Assembly (NCBI RefSeq): GCF_001194135.2
Contig: NC_068983.1
Span: 100,287,385 to 100,351,384, forward strand
DNA length: 64,000 nucleotides
Reading direction: 5' to 3'
DNA from: Octopus bimaculoides
Taxonomy: Eukaryota
Part shown: positions 49,970 through 63,938 of the stretch, in pieces
How the letters are laid out: each line of letters begins with the position of its first letter
Numbering within the stretch: position 1 is the first letter of the stretch
Notes under the pieces: generated by a model
What the model was told of the DNA's origin: nothing
The model's input: the letters and a program-made list of their open reading frames with translations, nothing else
Databases searched by the model: none
Program-made: the position numbers and the translations under genes

Positions 49970-51310
49970 CAGGGTGCCCATAGTCTTTTTACAATTCGAA
50001 AAATTTATTACAAAGGCAATTGATAAGAAATCTTAATCAGTCTTGTTCTATTGTACTCAGTGGTTTTCAAAGCTTTTAATCACATTGCAATTTTGTGTTT
50101 CAGGCATCCTGCAGATTAAAGAAGCTTTTTTTTTTTTTTTTTTTTTTTTTTTAGCGAATCCCTAAGAAATGACTACTCTTCAAGGTAAGGCACAATGTGT
50201 ATTATGGTTTATTGAGACAAAATCGGATACGCAGACTCACCGAAACTACAGAACAAAGTATGGAAGAGATCCATCATCACGTCCGTTAATTCGTGTATGG
50301 CACAAGAAATTTAAGGAGACAGGGACAGTGTTAGAAAGAGGAATGGGCGACCAAGAACATTTGAGGAAAACATTGATCGTGTAAGAGAGACCTTTTCTCG
50401 TTCTCTCACAAAGTCCACCCGTACTGCTGTTAGACAGTTAGAGCTGCCACGTTCAACAGTACACAAGGTCCTACACAAGAACCTGCGATTGCACGCTTAC
50501 AAAGTGCAATTCCTACAGGCAATCGAACCAAATGATAAACCAAGACGAAAATTGTTTGCTGTTCACATGCTGCAGCTAATTTCTGAAGATGAAATATTCC
50601 TCAGACGAGTTTGTTTTAGTGATGAGGCAGCCTTCATGTTTCAGGGAACTGAAAAATGTGAGAATCTGGGGATCAGAACACCCTCACGTGACTAGAGAAA
50701 TTCAGCGCGATAGTCCCAAAGCGAATGTCGGGTATGGAATTATGTGCAATCGAATTATTGGTTCATTTTTCTTCAATGAGAGATCAATTACTGAAAATGT
50801 CTACCTTGACCTTTTAACTGAATATGTGGCACCACAACTCCAGAACCTTCAACCGACCATCATTTTCCTGCAAAATGGTGTCCCCACCACATTGGGGACT
50901 GCATGTTCGGGAGTTCATCAATCAAACACTTCCAGACCGTTGGATTGGAAGGGATGGACCAATTCCGTGGCCATCAAGTTCACCAGACATCACACTACTG
51001 GATTTCTTTTTATGGGGCTATGTTAAAGATATCGTGTATCGAACAAAGATACAGGACTTTACTAAAGCAAAAAATAAACAGATGCGATTGCAACCATTGA
51101 TGAGGCTATGCTGCAGCGAACATGGCAAGAAATCGATTATCGTTTTGATGTGCTTCGTGAGACTAATGGTACCCGTATAGAGGTGTATTAAATGAGGTAA
51201 AAAAACAAACTTTGAAAAGCACTGAGAACAATAGAACAAGTCTGATTATGATATCAATTGCCTTTTGTAATAAAATTTTTAAATTGTAAAAAGACTTTAT
51301 GGACACCCTG
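49970..51310 (+). mobile_element. Near full-length Tc1/mariner-superfamily element, rosa/DD41D type, frameshifted
   Basis: TIRs CAGGGTGCCCATAGTCTTTTTACAATT... / ...AATTGTAAAAAGACTTTATGGACACCCTG then TA. Transposase pieces FSDEA, RIWGSEHPH, WIGRDGPIPWPSSSPDITLLDFFLWGYVKD. Reconstructed spacing between the 2nd catalytic position (QNG, D>N) and the 3rd D is about 41 aa. Confidence 0.88.
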
Positions 51311-51675
51311 TATATTATAAAATATATAACTTGTATATGTAAGAAATGAATAATACCATCACTGTTCCTGGATGATTTTCATCTGTTACTGATATATTTG
51401 TCCCTTTTTTTAACACCGTACGTTTGAGATACGATCTTAAGGCGAATACCACAATTTATTCGGCTATCAATGATTTAACTGCTTTAAGTATGATACACAG
51501 ATTACTATTTTAAACAAGCACTACTTCTGTGTTACATATGTAATTATTTGATGGAAGAACGTATTCAGTAAATCCCTCACCCCATAACTGTTTTGCTGCA
51601 AGTGTCTTCTTCTATAGCCTCGGGTCGACCAAAGCCCTATGAGTGGATTTGGTAGGCAAAAACTGAAAGCCCGTT

Positions 51676-51712
<37 letters not shown>

Positions 51713-52537
51713 NNNNNNNNNNNNNNNNNNNNNNNNNNNNNNNNNNNNNNNNNNNNNNNNNNNNNNNNNNNNNNNNNNNNNNNNNNNNNNNNNNNNNNNN
51801 NNNNNNNNNNNNNNNNNNNNNNNNNNNNNNNNNNNNNNNNNNNNNNNNNNNNNNNNNNNNNNNNNNNNNNNNNNNNNNNNNNNNNNNNNNNNNNNNNNNN
51901 NNNNNNNNNNNNNNNNNNNNNNNNNNNNNNNNNNNNNNNNNNNNNNNNNNNNNNNNNNNNNNNNNNNNNNNNNNNNNNNNNNNNNNNNNNNNNNNNNNNN
52001 NNNNNNNNNNNNNNNNNNNNNNNNNNNNNNNNNNNNNNNNNNNNNNNAATTGCATGCAATCCAAGTTCCGCTAATTGTCCATATCTACACAAATATTGAA
52101 TTGATCCTAGAACTTGATTCATACTTTCTTATTTGTTTTTATTGACCACAGAAAGGTTGAAATAGAAAATTGATCTTGACGGAATCTGAACTCGGAACAT
52201 AAACATCACACACAATTTGCCTGATATACCGATCCTTCATCTCACTCCAAGGCCAAACTATGGATTGTTTTATAGCACTACTTGAACGAAGTCTGTTGAA
52301 CTGCAACTTACGCCACAAGAGTTAAATCCCGTTAAGAGGGAATGGCCAGTTAAAAAAAAAAATACACACACAAAAGAAAATGTGATGACAAAGGAAGAAA
52401 CAATTATCTTCCGAACTTCATTAGCTTAAAACTGTTCTGCTATAAGACGCAGTGGACACAAAGTTGAGTACATGAGTAACACCTTATAGCGTCATCGCAG
52501 CCTCGAATATGAATTGTAATTTCGCAATATCTAATCG

Positions 52538-52574
<37 letters not shown>

Positions 52575-53329
52575 ATATGAGTCGTAGGACTCAAGCTACT
52601 TACCCGATTTCCATCTAGCTTATCCATATAAATGGCTGAAATTACAACTTACCCCTGTATTCGGGGCAAAGACGCTGGTTTGTTGCGCAGTTCGAGGCCA
52701 GCAATTTTAGATGGGAGAGGACAAGTCGATTACATCGACCTCTGTACTTGACTGGTACTTTATTTTATCGACTCCCGAGGCATGAAGGGCAGAGATGATC
52801 TCGACGGGGATTTGAACTCAGAACGTAAAGAGTCGGAAAAAATGCCATTGAGCATTTTTGTCCAACGCGCTAACAAGTCTGCCAGCTCGTCGCCTTATAT
52901 TAAATATAGGCTAAGTTAATTTCGAAACTTGGTCATAGTAACAAATGTTTAGTTTCTTTTCTTTTATTTTTAAAACCAAGTAAATATTGAACTGAGTACA
53001 AAGAGGTGGCTAGGAGGAAAGGTGGAATAGCCGACTAATCTATTTCTCATGGATACGTAAGGTCGATACTTATCTGTAAAATTAAATTGAAATAAATGTT
53101 CCCTTGGATAGGACGCTATTCTATCGTAGGTAGTTTTTCACGTCGGCGGGATCGAATCCAACACAACCCGCTAACGAAGAAACCTCAAGCTTCGAATCAC
53201 AATCAGCAATTTAGAAAATTGGGTAATGTAGTCTGAGTTCCCTACACATATGAAAAACACGGGACAAGTGCAGCTAAAAATGTCTTTGATTATAGGCCTG
53301 TTTGTTCACAGTTGATATTACATTTTAAG

Positions 53330-54670
53330 GCGATACAGACATTAAACATGTCAAGCGTCTAAATAGGTTCTCCAGAAACCTATTTAGAAGGCAAGTCGGT
53401 CGTTCTGGATCTAACATACAGTGGCAAGGCCTGAAGGCTGGTGGGCATCTACGCGCCTGGTAATGCAGGCAAACGGGTTGACTTCTTTCAACGCCTGGAA
53501 AATTTCCTGGTGACATCGAAGACAATAGTTGTACTAGGTGACTTCAACGCTGTACTGGATGCACGCCTGGATAGCGTGGGCTCAAAAGATAGAAAGGGAA
53601 ACTCATACCTCGTCGATCTGCTGAAGTGTTTCAGGCTGTCAGATCGATATAGACTTGACCACCCGAACGTTTCAGTGTGGACTTGGGCAAGAAACGACGG
53701 AATGGCCAGGTCTTACATAGACAGGATAGTGGTAAGTACTAGAGACAGGCATAGCTTTAGTTGTCCACAGTTTACCTACGTAACCTACACAGATCACAAG
53801 TTAGTGACGTGTAGGGTGAATATAGATAAGATACATAGACAGGGATCTGGCTACTGGAAGCTGAACAAGACTTTATTAGATAACGAGGCTTACCGTAGCC
53901 AGATTAAGGAATTAGTGAAGAGGGCACTTACCGGCGCTGTCATCAACAACCGGTGGTGGAGTGCCCTCAAAAGAGCCCTTCGAATTGAATCAATTAGATT
54001 TAGCAAACAGTTAAGTCTAGAACAGACTAGAATAGAAAGGGACTTAGTTAAAGCATTGATATCGGACTCTGCGTCACAAGTGTTGGCGGCGAGATCGGCA
54101 CTGGACCGAAGGATGCAGAGTCCGGGCTAGGACACGTGTAATGGGCCGTGAAGGTATCAATGTTGCTAGATGGGCTCGCTCGGAAGAAACCCGTCGTGGC
54201 GTCAATGCTACAATTGAGTTTTTGGCAGATGAGTCCGGACAGGAGATACAAGGACAAGAGGAGACATGTAAGGTTTTTCACAAGCACTTTGCCGCGTTGT
54301 TCGGGAGGGACGTTGGACCATGGGGATGCCTTACGGCATTTTCTGGACGTCGGCCTGCGTCTTTCGGCTCGTGACGCTGAGCGCTGTGAAGGACCAATCA
54401 CAGCCGAGGAGATCAGAGAGGTACTATCCGAGTGCCTCGGGGACAAGTCGCCGCGTCTGGATGGTCTTCCCTACGAATTTTATAGTAGCATGCTAGACTT
54501 GTTCGGGGACGTACTGGCCAGTGTATACACGAATTGGCAGCAGAATGGGAGGATTCCCAAAGTTGTGAGCCGAGGAGTGGTGACGCTGATCAGGAAGGAC
54601 CCGAGCAAGGGTGATAAAGTTAATAATTTTAGGCCCATAACTCTGCTAAACATAGAGTTAAAGATTCTTT
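53330..54670 (+). mobile_element. L1/Tx1-clade LINE ORF2 internal fragment (APE endonuclease + start of RT)
   Basis: VVLGDFNAVLD, WTW...SYIDRI, TDHKLV, GSGYWKLNKTLL; then KSPRLDGLPYEFY, LIRKD, NFRPITLLNIELKIL, after which the sequence turns AT-rich; frameshift near 54130. Confidence 0.88.
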
Positions 54671-55402
54671 ACTTTACTTTAGATTTACTGGTATAAAATG
54701 ACGTAGATATGAAAAGTTGTATAAGTATATTAAGTATATGATTTAAGTTATAGAACTAAGTTCGACAAATTCAATCATATTTTTCATAGATGGAGGAGAT
54801 TACATGTTAATATGGGATAAAATATTTATTGAATTCGCTAGACGATCGCTTCGTACAGAAAGACAAGTTCATTTGAAGAATCTGAGTTGTCAAGGAGTAC
54901 TCACTAATAGCACAATAAGAAAAAATAAGAATTTGATAAAGAAAAAGGTGGACTTTAGTAGAATTACATGGGTATTGTATTCTTACTAATTTTTTAAAGC
55001 GTAATTGTTCTAGGAGTCATGTCTATTTAAAACACGACTAACGGGTAAAATATATCGATAGAATAAGTACTAGGCTTACAAAAAATAAGTCCTGGGGTCA
55101 ATTTTTTCGAGTAAAGGCGGTGCTCCAGCATGGCCGCAGTCAAGTGACTGAAACAAGTGAAAGAGTAAAAAGAGAGTTTGATACATGTGTAATATAAATA
55201 TATATGATGTATATATATATAGTGTATATATACATTACATTTTTTTAATATATATATATATATCGCACGTCTATCTTAAGCGTTCATAATAATTTTTCTA
55301 TCNNNNNNNNNNNNNNNNNNNNNNNNNNNNNNNNNNNNNNNNNNNNNNNNNNNNNNNNNNNNNNNNNNNNNNNNNNNNNNNNNNNNNNNNNNNNNNNNNN
55401 NN

Positions 55403-57814
55403 CATGAAACGATCGCACTGCATTACCTCTGGATATCCTTGTTGCTTATTTTACCCACAACAAACAACGTTTTTAGACAGAGGAGAGAGATACAGGGACA
55501 TATGTTAGAACATATCATACGGGAGAAACCCACAATAATCAATCTATCTAAGAAAACTCTCTCCACTACAAAAATCCATATTTTAGCTAAAGGATTAAAA
55601 TTTACACCTACCCCACGAAGATCCAACATCAATGAAATTAAAGATAGTATTGCAGAATTCTGTAGAAAGCTTCGTTTGACAGAAGCACTTAACAACTACA
55701 ACAACGAAGACGAATCACTAGTAAGAAACAAAAGTAATTATCTACCACCCAAAGGAAGGAATAAAACACTAGATGACTTCTGCAACCGTATCCAAAATTT
55801 TCCTCACACTTTCTACAAATCAAAAATTGTACCTAACTTCAACAACACACAATGGAAGCAACTAATACAACTAAAAAATGACAAAGACCTGACAATCAAA
55901 GAAGCAGACAAAGGTAGTGCTGTAGTATTGATGGACACAGAGTACTACAAAAAGCTAGCACTGTCCATACTAGAAAATGACTCCTTCTATGAAAAAGTTG
56001 CAAATTACAGGCAGCAAAAACACTTTTAAAAATCTTGAAACTCTAATACTCAAACACGGAAAAGGCTTAACAGAAAAAGAAAAAGACTACATTACCAACT
56101 TCAAATGCAATCCCAGCCTTTTCTATGGCCTCCCCAAAATTCACAAGAGTCAAGCAATCACTAATGCCTGTGCATAAATATTCCAACACCAGAAGACTTA
56201 AAATTAAGGCCTATTATTGCTGGTCCAGCCTGTGAAACACACCGCCTTAGCAATTTTCTCGACATATTACTGAAGCCCTATCTCAAATACATCAAAAATT
56301 TCATTAGAGACGATTTGGACATGCTAGAACACCTACCAAAAACCAACAACAAAGAAGCTATATTAGTCTCCTTCGATGTCATCTACCTCTACACTAACAT
56401 TCCACACGACTATGGAATAGAGGCAATAAAATTTTGGTTGGAAAAACACCCTGAAGTTCTCCCGGACCGCATAAACCAGACATTTATCATTGAATCCCTG
56501 AAGTTCATCCTTCAAAACAATTACTTCATATTCGATACAACATACTACCGCCAAAAATGCGGTATTGCGATGGGTACAAAAGCTGCGCCTGTTCTGGCGA
56601 ACCTAATAATGGGTTTCTTTGAATCTACCTTGTATGAACTTTCACTCCAAAAATTTGGACCACCATTCCACCACTATATAAGAGAAAACTGGAAAAGATA
56701 TTTAGACGATTGTTTTATCATCTGGAATGAAGCCTATGATAATCTGCTGGTTTCAAATCCACACTGAACAGTATTAATCCCAACGTCCAGTTTACCATGG
56801 AATACAGCAAGGAACAGCTCCTTTTTCTGGACATCTTGATTTAAAAAAAGTCCAACAACCACATTGCAACCGACATTTACTACAAACCAACAGACTCAAA
56901 ACAGTATATCCTTTTCAGTTCATACCATCCTAAACACACCAAAATAAATATCCCATTCAATCTAGCAAAAAGGATTTGTACGATTGTATCTGACACAACC
57001 ACTCGGGAACTTCGATTGCAAGAACTCAAAATAACATTCATCGAACGTCAATACCCAGCTACACTTATATAACATGGAATTGAACGTGCCAAGAAATTGG
57101 ACACAAACACACTAAGAACAACAAAACAAAACACCACACCTCACCTCAAATCACTCCCATACATATCAACCCACAACCTTAGAAACAACGAAGCATACAA
57201 CACAATTATACAAAATCTTCCTATTCTCACTCAAGACCCGAAAATGAACAGCATCATAAATAAACACAAATTACTAAAATGTAAAAGACAAGACAAATCA
57301 CTCAAGAGACTCCTAACAAATGCAAAACTATACTCAATACATACAAAACCAACAGTTAAGAAATGCAGACGACCCAATTGTGGAACATGCCCACACCTAA
57401 GTGAAGGCTCGCAATTCACATTCCAGCAAGGACAAAAATTCTCAATCAAAACTCACTTCACATGTGCCTCCCACAACCTTATCTATGTCCTAACCTGCTC
57501 AGGTTGTGACCATAACTATGTAGGCCAAACGAGCCTTTCTTTGAAACGCAGAGTCACGTTGCATAAGGAACAGATTCACTTCCCCCAGTACAGGCAAATT
57601 GCACTGAGCGGACAAATTGACAGATGCGCAGGTGATAAAACGCCGAATTTCCTTATCTTCCTCCTGTACCAGTGCAAAGATTCAATTTCAGTGCAAGAAC
57701 GACTAAATAAAGAGAACTTATTCATTCAAAAATATAAACACCACACCTCAATATTCAAACCTGACAACCTTAAAAACTATCCTAAGGAATCAGTTATCCC
57801 CATTGACACTCATT
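55403..57814 (+). mobile_element. Penelope-like retroelement (RT + GIY-YIG endonuclease), broken by stops/frameshifts, both ends in gaps
   Basis: IINLSKKTLS...LAKGLKFTPTP N-terminus; RT motifs LRPIIAG, SFDVIYLYTNIP, QKCGIAMGTKAAPVLANL, RYLDDCF; Cys-rich linker CRRPNCGTC; GIY-YIG-like NLIYVLTCSGCDHNYVGQT...KRRVTLH. Confidence 0.93.
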
Positions 57815-59480
57815 NNNNNNNNNNNNNNNNNNNNNNNNNNNNNNNNNNNNNNNNNNNNNNNNNNNNNNNNNNNNNNNNNNNNNNNNNNNNNNNNNNNNNN
57901 NNNNNNNNNNNNNNNNNNNNNNNNNNNNNNNNNNNNNNNNNNNNNNNNNNNNNNNNNNNNNNNNNNNNNNNNNNNNNNNNNNNNNNNNNNNNNNNNNNNN
58001 NNNNNNNNNNNNNNNNNNNNNNNNNNNNNNNNNNNNNNNNNNNNNNNNNNNNNNNNNNNNNNNNNNNNNNNNNNNNNNNNNNNNNNNNNNNNNNNNNNNN
58101 NNNNNNNNNNNNNNNNNNNNNNNNNNNNNNNNNNNNNNNNNNNNNNNNNNNNNNNNNNNNNNNNNNNNNNNNNNNNNNNNNNNNNNNNNNNNNNNNNNNN
58201 NNNNNNNNNNNNNNNNNNNNNNNNNNNNNNNNNNNNNNNNNNNNNTATATATATATATATATAATAGGAAAATGACGGGGAGACACGCTGAATATCCGAA
58301 AATTGCGGACCACATTACAAAACTGTTTTATAAAAAGTATATCTTAAAAGAAAAAAACCTTAAAATTACATATATAAGTGTGTATACGTCTACATTACAT
58401 GCATATACACACGCGCAAAAAGAAATGAAATACATGTTTTCAGAAATAAATAGCTCTTCTCACACACATATATAAATGTATATACACACGCACACGTTCA
58501 TAGACTGGAAACTGCACGAGCATATCTTTTACTTGATTCAGTTATTTGACTGCGGCCAAGCTGGGGCACCGCCTTGAATATTTAATCGAATGTATCACCC
58601 TAGTACTTATTATATATATAAGATAGTGGTACAATAATGCAGCAGTATTTACTGGAAATAGCAGTCGATAATATACGACGCTATAGTAAAGCTTCACTGT
58701 AAAGCTTCACTAGTCTTCTTCATGTATTCAACTATATATTCACTGTTGCCTTTCATATTCAACTTACTAAGAAGTGTCATTGTCTTCAACTTAAGCCTAT
58801 TTACTTCATTACACTACACGCATGAAATTCTTGCCTTAAGCAGAGCAAAAAAACATTCAGAAGGCCAAGGTGTGTTGATGCTTTCTCATGTCTATACAAT
58901 AAATATTGTTCCTCAGGAAGTTTTGCTGTGAATGTGAATAAGAATGTTATTTATGTATATTTGTAGTTTTTACAAGGAAATTATTCAAATATCTTGTAGA
59001 TCTCTCAGATTACATTTTGCCATCAGAATAATATCTTAGTGGATAATGTAGTCTGAGATGCAGCATGTTTTGAAAATATTAAATCAACAGGATGTCCACC
59101 TCTAGAACACTTTTGATCGTAGGTCAGCTAAATCAGGTATACCTGAGGTTAATTAAAAAAAAAAGACATAGCAGTATCAACGTCTTTGTTTACGCTTTCC
59201 TTCTGGCAACTTACACACCACCACCACCACCACAAACAACAACAACAACAACAACATTGTGGTAAAGTTTTGCAGAATTAAAAACATATTATATTCGTTT
59301 TATTATTTGCATTTTGTAATTATACATTATTAGAGACCAGCGAAGTTGGTGAATCGATAGTGTCAGGCCAAAATGCGGTGAGACTTCCCCTTTTATCCTT
59401 CGCGGGGTGGAGCTCAAAAACTGAAGTACCAGCAAACACATGCGCACCCATATACGTACATATACGCTGCGCCCCCCACT

Positions 59481-59482
<2 letters not shown>

Positions 59483-59557
<75 letters not shown>

Positions 59558-59558
59558 G

Positions 59559-59592
<34 letters not shown>
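59483..59592. repeat. Compound (CT)n(TA)n(TG)n microsatellite
   Basis: Direct inspection. Confidence 0.95.
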
Positions 59593-59593
<1 letters not shown>

Positions 59594-60628
59594 TCGTCTT
59601 TGTAGCTGTGTTTGCTCCCTCCATCACTGCTTGACAACCGGTATTAGTGTATTTAGGTCCCCCTAACTTAGTGGTTCGACAAAAGAGACCGATAGAATAA
59701 GTACTAGGCTTAAAAAAATAAGTCTTGGAGTCGATTTTTTCGACTAAAAACTCTCATCTCGGTGCTCCAGCATGACCGCAGTCTAATGACTGAAACAAGT
59801 AAAAGAATAAAAGAGTAAAACAAATATATGATGTATTGTGGACTTCCGTCGTTCGACGATGAGAGTTTAACTGTTTGAAAGAACTGCTGCTGAATTATCG
59901 TGTAAATAACTAAGGTTCACACAAACACGGTAAATCTTCATGTAATTCTTAGAATTGCGGGAATCAACTTGACATGGAGTGTGACAAAGCTGCAACTTTT
60001 TAATTATAGTTATAATCAGAAGGCATGTCTCGACACAAGTATATAGAAACATTATATTTGTTCAAGATGCCCCGCGTTAGGTCTTATCTCGTAGTTGTGA
60101 AGCGAACTTTTTAACTACACAAATACGCGCATAGACTGGTCTTTGTTGGAAATTCTAGTCTATTATTTTTACTGTTGGCAAAACTGACTGCCAACCAACA
60201 CAGGTAGAGAATGAGTTGAGAAGGGTGATACTTATAATTGACATGAATATTATTGTCGATCAGTTAACATCAGTTTGTCTTCTGATGTACATCCCTTTAG
60301 CTCATTACATAACATTTTGTATAAGTGGAGCAACCGCTTAATTGCGCCAGCTGTCTTGCTACGATATGTCCCAATTAACCTGAGTCATATATGCACATAG
60401 GCACACACCACTTTCTAGTATAGGTATATTTATTAATATGCAAGAGCTAGTGACAGGTGTGCTGTGCAGCAGCTGTAAGCTGTTTACAGAGAGAAATTAG
60501 CAGCACAGTTTCAGCTACCTGATTGTGTGGATTCATTTTACTGCGCTAATGTCTATGAAAACACACGTCGCAACATAGAAGTCTCTTTGCATAATCTTTA
60601 AACTTTTTGCTTAATATAAACTATATTC

Positions 60629-60670
<42 letters not shown>

Positions 60671-60879
60671 GCCATTGTCATAGAAAAGGAAATTCTTGGG
60701 TTTGGATAAGTTCGTATGTCGTTAAGAGAAGCGTAATGTAGCATTACATGACATTCTTTCGTCAGAATGGAAGAGAATAAAATTTTAACTCATGAACTTT
60801 ACTGTATAAAGGATATTAACCCGACATGTTACATAGTTCGTTGACATCAATGGCCAAGCCCCCCCCCCACATACACATT

Positions 60880-62500
60880 GTAGTTGATTAGAACTTCTGT
60901 TTTGGCGATGACGACAGGTTTGATTCAAACAGTCTCAGTTTGTTTACTCCTTCCTACCAAGTGGGTTGGATGTTCACCTGCGATACTATTTACATGATCA
61001 TTTATAACATGATCATTTATAACATGATCATGTCGTAAATGGTATCTGCAGATAAACATCCATCCCACTTCCCATAGAAGTAGCCGGTTCTCTTTCAAGA
61101 TTCGTTCCATTTGGTCATTGAGATCTCAGTGAAGCTCTGGGTTTGCTACTGGTATAAATACATGGGCATCCTTTCTGTTCGAGATGCTGAATTTTTTTTG
61201 ATTTTAGTTGGACTTCGCAGAATATCGTGGAATGATCCGTGTCACAGCTGGCATTGTGGAAGATGCATGTGAAAAGTAAACTGTTGAGTGCAGGCTTTCT
61301 AGTGGTAATCATGTCCAGCTGATGCCAATGTCCGAATCCTGGACGCATCTAAGCGACTCTATGGCGTGGATTTATCTTAATGTACGTGCTGGTAATATTC
61401 AGTTTGTGGTAGGAGCAGAGCTCCAGTAGCTTTAGGTCGGTTTCGTTTATCGTGTAAACGCTGAAATTACCGTGGTCAACCTACCATGCTCGATTATCCT
61501 ATCCGACTTTATTATTGACGTAACACAGCAGTTGCTGTGTTGAGTTTCTGGCGTTTAATCAATGACAATGTCATAATCCTCATGAACCTGGTCGTTTGTT
61601 TCTTAAAGTGAGCATAACGTTGGAATGTAGACACTGAGGATATTTACTTTGTTCGAAGACGTAGAAAAGCTGAGGGAAAGGATGTTCTGACCCATCAGTG
61701 CGAAGAAATGTGAAGGGCAGTATGTTGTTTCAAACAATAAGCTATACAGACGAGATTCCTCCGGAGAGGTATACTTTTCACGTAACGCATAGTTTGCGGA
61801 AAACCTGGATTTCAGTTGTGCTGCTGTAACAATGTCCAGCTTCCTTAACCTGGAGTTGATAACTGGAGTTTTCAGCTCTTGTTGATTTGCTTTTGATCAC
61901 ACGAATGACCAAGGAATATTGTTCTGATATTACAAGTGGCCAATCGCAGGAGTAGTGGCTTATCCTTTCTTCTCTGTGTTTTGTCTGGTGCAGTGATAGT
62001 TGTCTGATCTTAGATAAATTTAAACGCAAACATCTATTGAAGCAGCAAGTAATGATACGAGCAACACATTGTCCGAAGGCTTCTCAGATTGAGGCGGACG
62101 GTGGCTGCCAGTGAAATGGATGATATTTTCCATCGTTTGAGGTAAACTTAACCTTACTCCGACCTCATTGGATTTACTTATTCATAACTGCCATCACTCG
62201 TGTTGATATCGTTGTTTCACTGCAGCACTGGAGTATACTTTCTGGGGAGCAGACCAGGGCGATGATTATGAAGATACAAGTCTTCCAAGTTGTCGAGACC
62301 CTCCTCTCGGATTGGATGTAATCTAAAGGAATACAAGGCAACCCGTTTGGCATCAACTCAGTTGTAGGAGCTGCCAGAAAGTGACGTGGAACGCTGCCCA
62401 GCTGTATAAAGGCTCCATTCCGTATCGTACCCCCACCCCCCAAACAACAAAAAAACCCCAACAAAAACAAAAGAAAACACAAAAAAGCAGTAGGCTTTGT
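60880..62500 (-). mobile_element. RTE/BovB-like LINE 5' part (APE endonuclease), decayed
   Basis: Minus-strand fragments LATCNIRT, SERILSL, NILSVYIPTL, LLELCSYHKLNITST, HWHQLDMITTR, SCDTDHS. Confidence 0.7.
60992..61031. repeat. 15-bp tandem duplication (ACATGATCATTTATA x2.7) inside the RTE remnant
   Basis: Direct inspection. Confidence 0.85.
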
Positions 62501-63888
62501 TGTAGTATGGGTACTATATGGAAGTGCTGCTATCAAAGGCCTTTGTATAGGAGAGATAGTAAGCTGTGATCTGCTAAGTCTGATAGTAGCTACACAGCAG
62601 TTACTACACCTCTAAGGCGTAATAACAGGCTGTGGAATATTTATATATATCTAATACCATTGTATCTAACATTTATATATGCAGTATTGATCTATCCAAT
62701 ATTATTGCTATCTATATATTGTAGATATTACTACACCCAATATCCATTCAAGGGAAGTATAATGGAGAAAATGTGTCACTGATTCTTTCGCATCACTCGG
62801 TTTGAATTCAAGTAACAAACACTACCGTCAACTATGTTTTCCATCTCTTTGTAGAACCAAAAGATAAGATCTTGGCAAGCCGAGTCCTCAATTTTAATCC
62901 ACGCATTCAACTTGATTAATGAGGAATTCCAGTAAGTGAATGAATCTAATCAGTAAAGGTCACATAGAAATAACATGATACATATAAGTGGGGATTCATC
63001 AAAAGCATTATTATATATCAATACTCTTGGAAGGCTCATACTCATTTCATTCTCTATTTCTTAGTCACTAATATGTAGTAGGGCTTTTATACTATATATA
63101 AGGCTTAATTATGTATTAAATATCTTCTTTTAGCTTTTATTTGTTTGTCATTGGACTGCAGCCATACTGGGATCACTTCGTTGTAGGGTTTAGTTGAACA
63201 AATCGACATCAGTACTATTTTAGAGTTTTGTAGTTACTCTGTTGGTCATTTTTGCCAACCGCTAAATTACGAGGATTAGTCCCCTCTCACAAAATTTCAG
63301 GCCTCGTGCGTTTAGTAGAAAAGGATTATCATTTTTATTATTATTAAGGCAGCGAGATGGCAAGACCTTTACCACATCGGACAAAATGCTTAGCGGCATT
63401 TCACCTGTCTTTATGTTGAGTTCAAATGCCACCGAGGTCGACTTTGCCTTTCATCTTTTCGGATCGATAAATTAAGTACTAGTTGAGCGCCAGTATCAAT
63501 GTAATCGACTTCCCCACTCACCACGTATAGGCCTTGTGCATATAGTAGACATTATATTATGGTTGACTGGCATGCACAAGCATGGTCTTGTCTCGTCAGT
63601 GTTTTTGTTTTTATTTTCCAGGTAAATTGACTTGAAGGAATGATACAATCCACTGAATTAGCTATTTCCCGAACATTCTCACATAAATTAGTGATGACAT
63701 ATGTCTGAATAAAAGTTTTATTTCTGGTATTTCTTGTATGATGAGACGTGAAACAGAATTCATCTGAATTCAAAGGGCTATCTAGGTGGTCTATTTTCAA
63801 ATAATCAAAAATGAAAGTATTGCCTATGTGGTAGTTCCGAAATGGAGGACATTGCATACGTGTTTATAGGTTACTAAATGCAACCCAC

Positions 63889-63889
<1 letters not shown>

Positions 63890-63921
<32 letters not shown>

Positions 63922-63938
63922 GTCTCTGTCTCTCTCTT

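Noticed and set aside
52624-52635. CCATATAAATGG as a CArG/SRF box
   Set aside because: Eight A/T bases between CC and GG, not six.
35949-58315. Long ORFs in the track containing X runs (for example 35949-36893, 37484-38261, 49647-50023, 51612-52145, 57794-58315)
   Set aside because: Artefacts of N gaps lacking stop codons. Only the non-N part of 57097-57814 (Penelope) and the RTE pieces are real.
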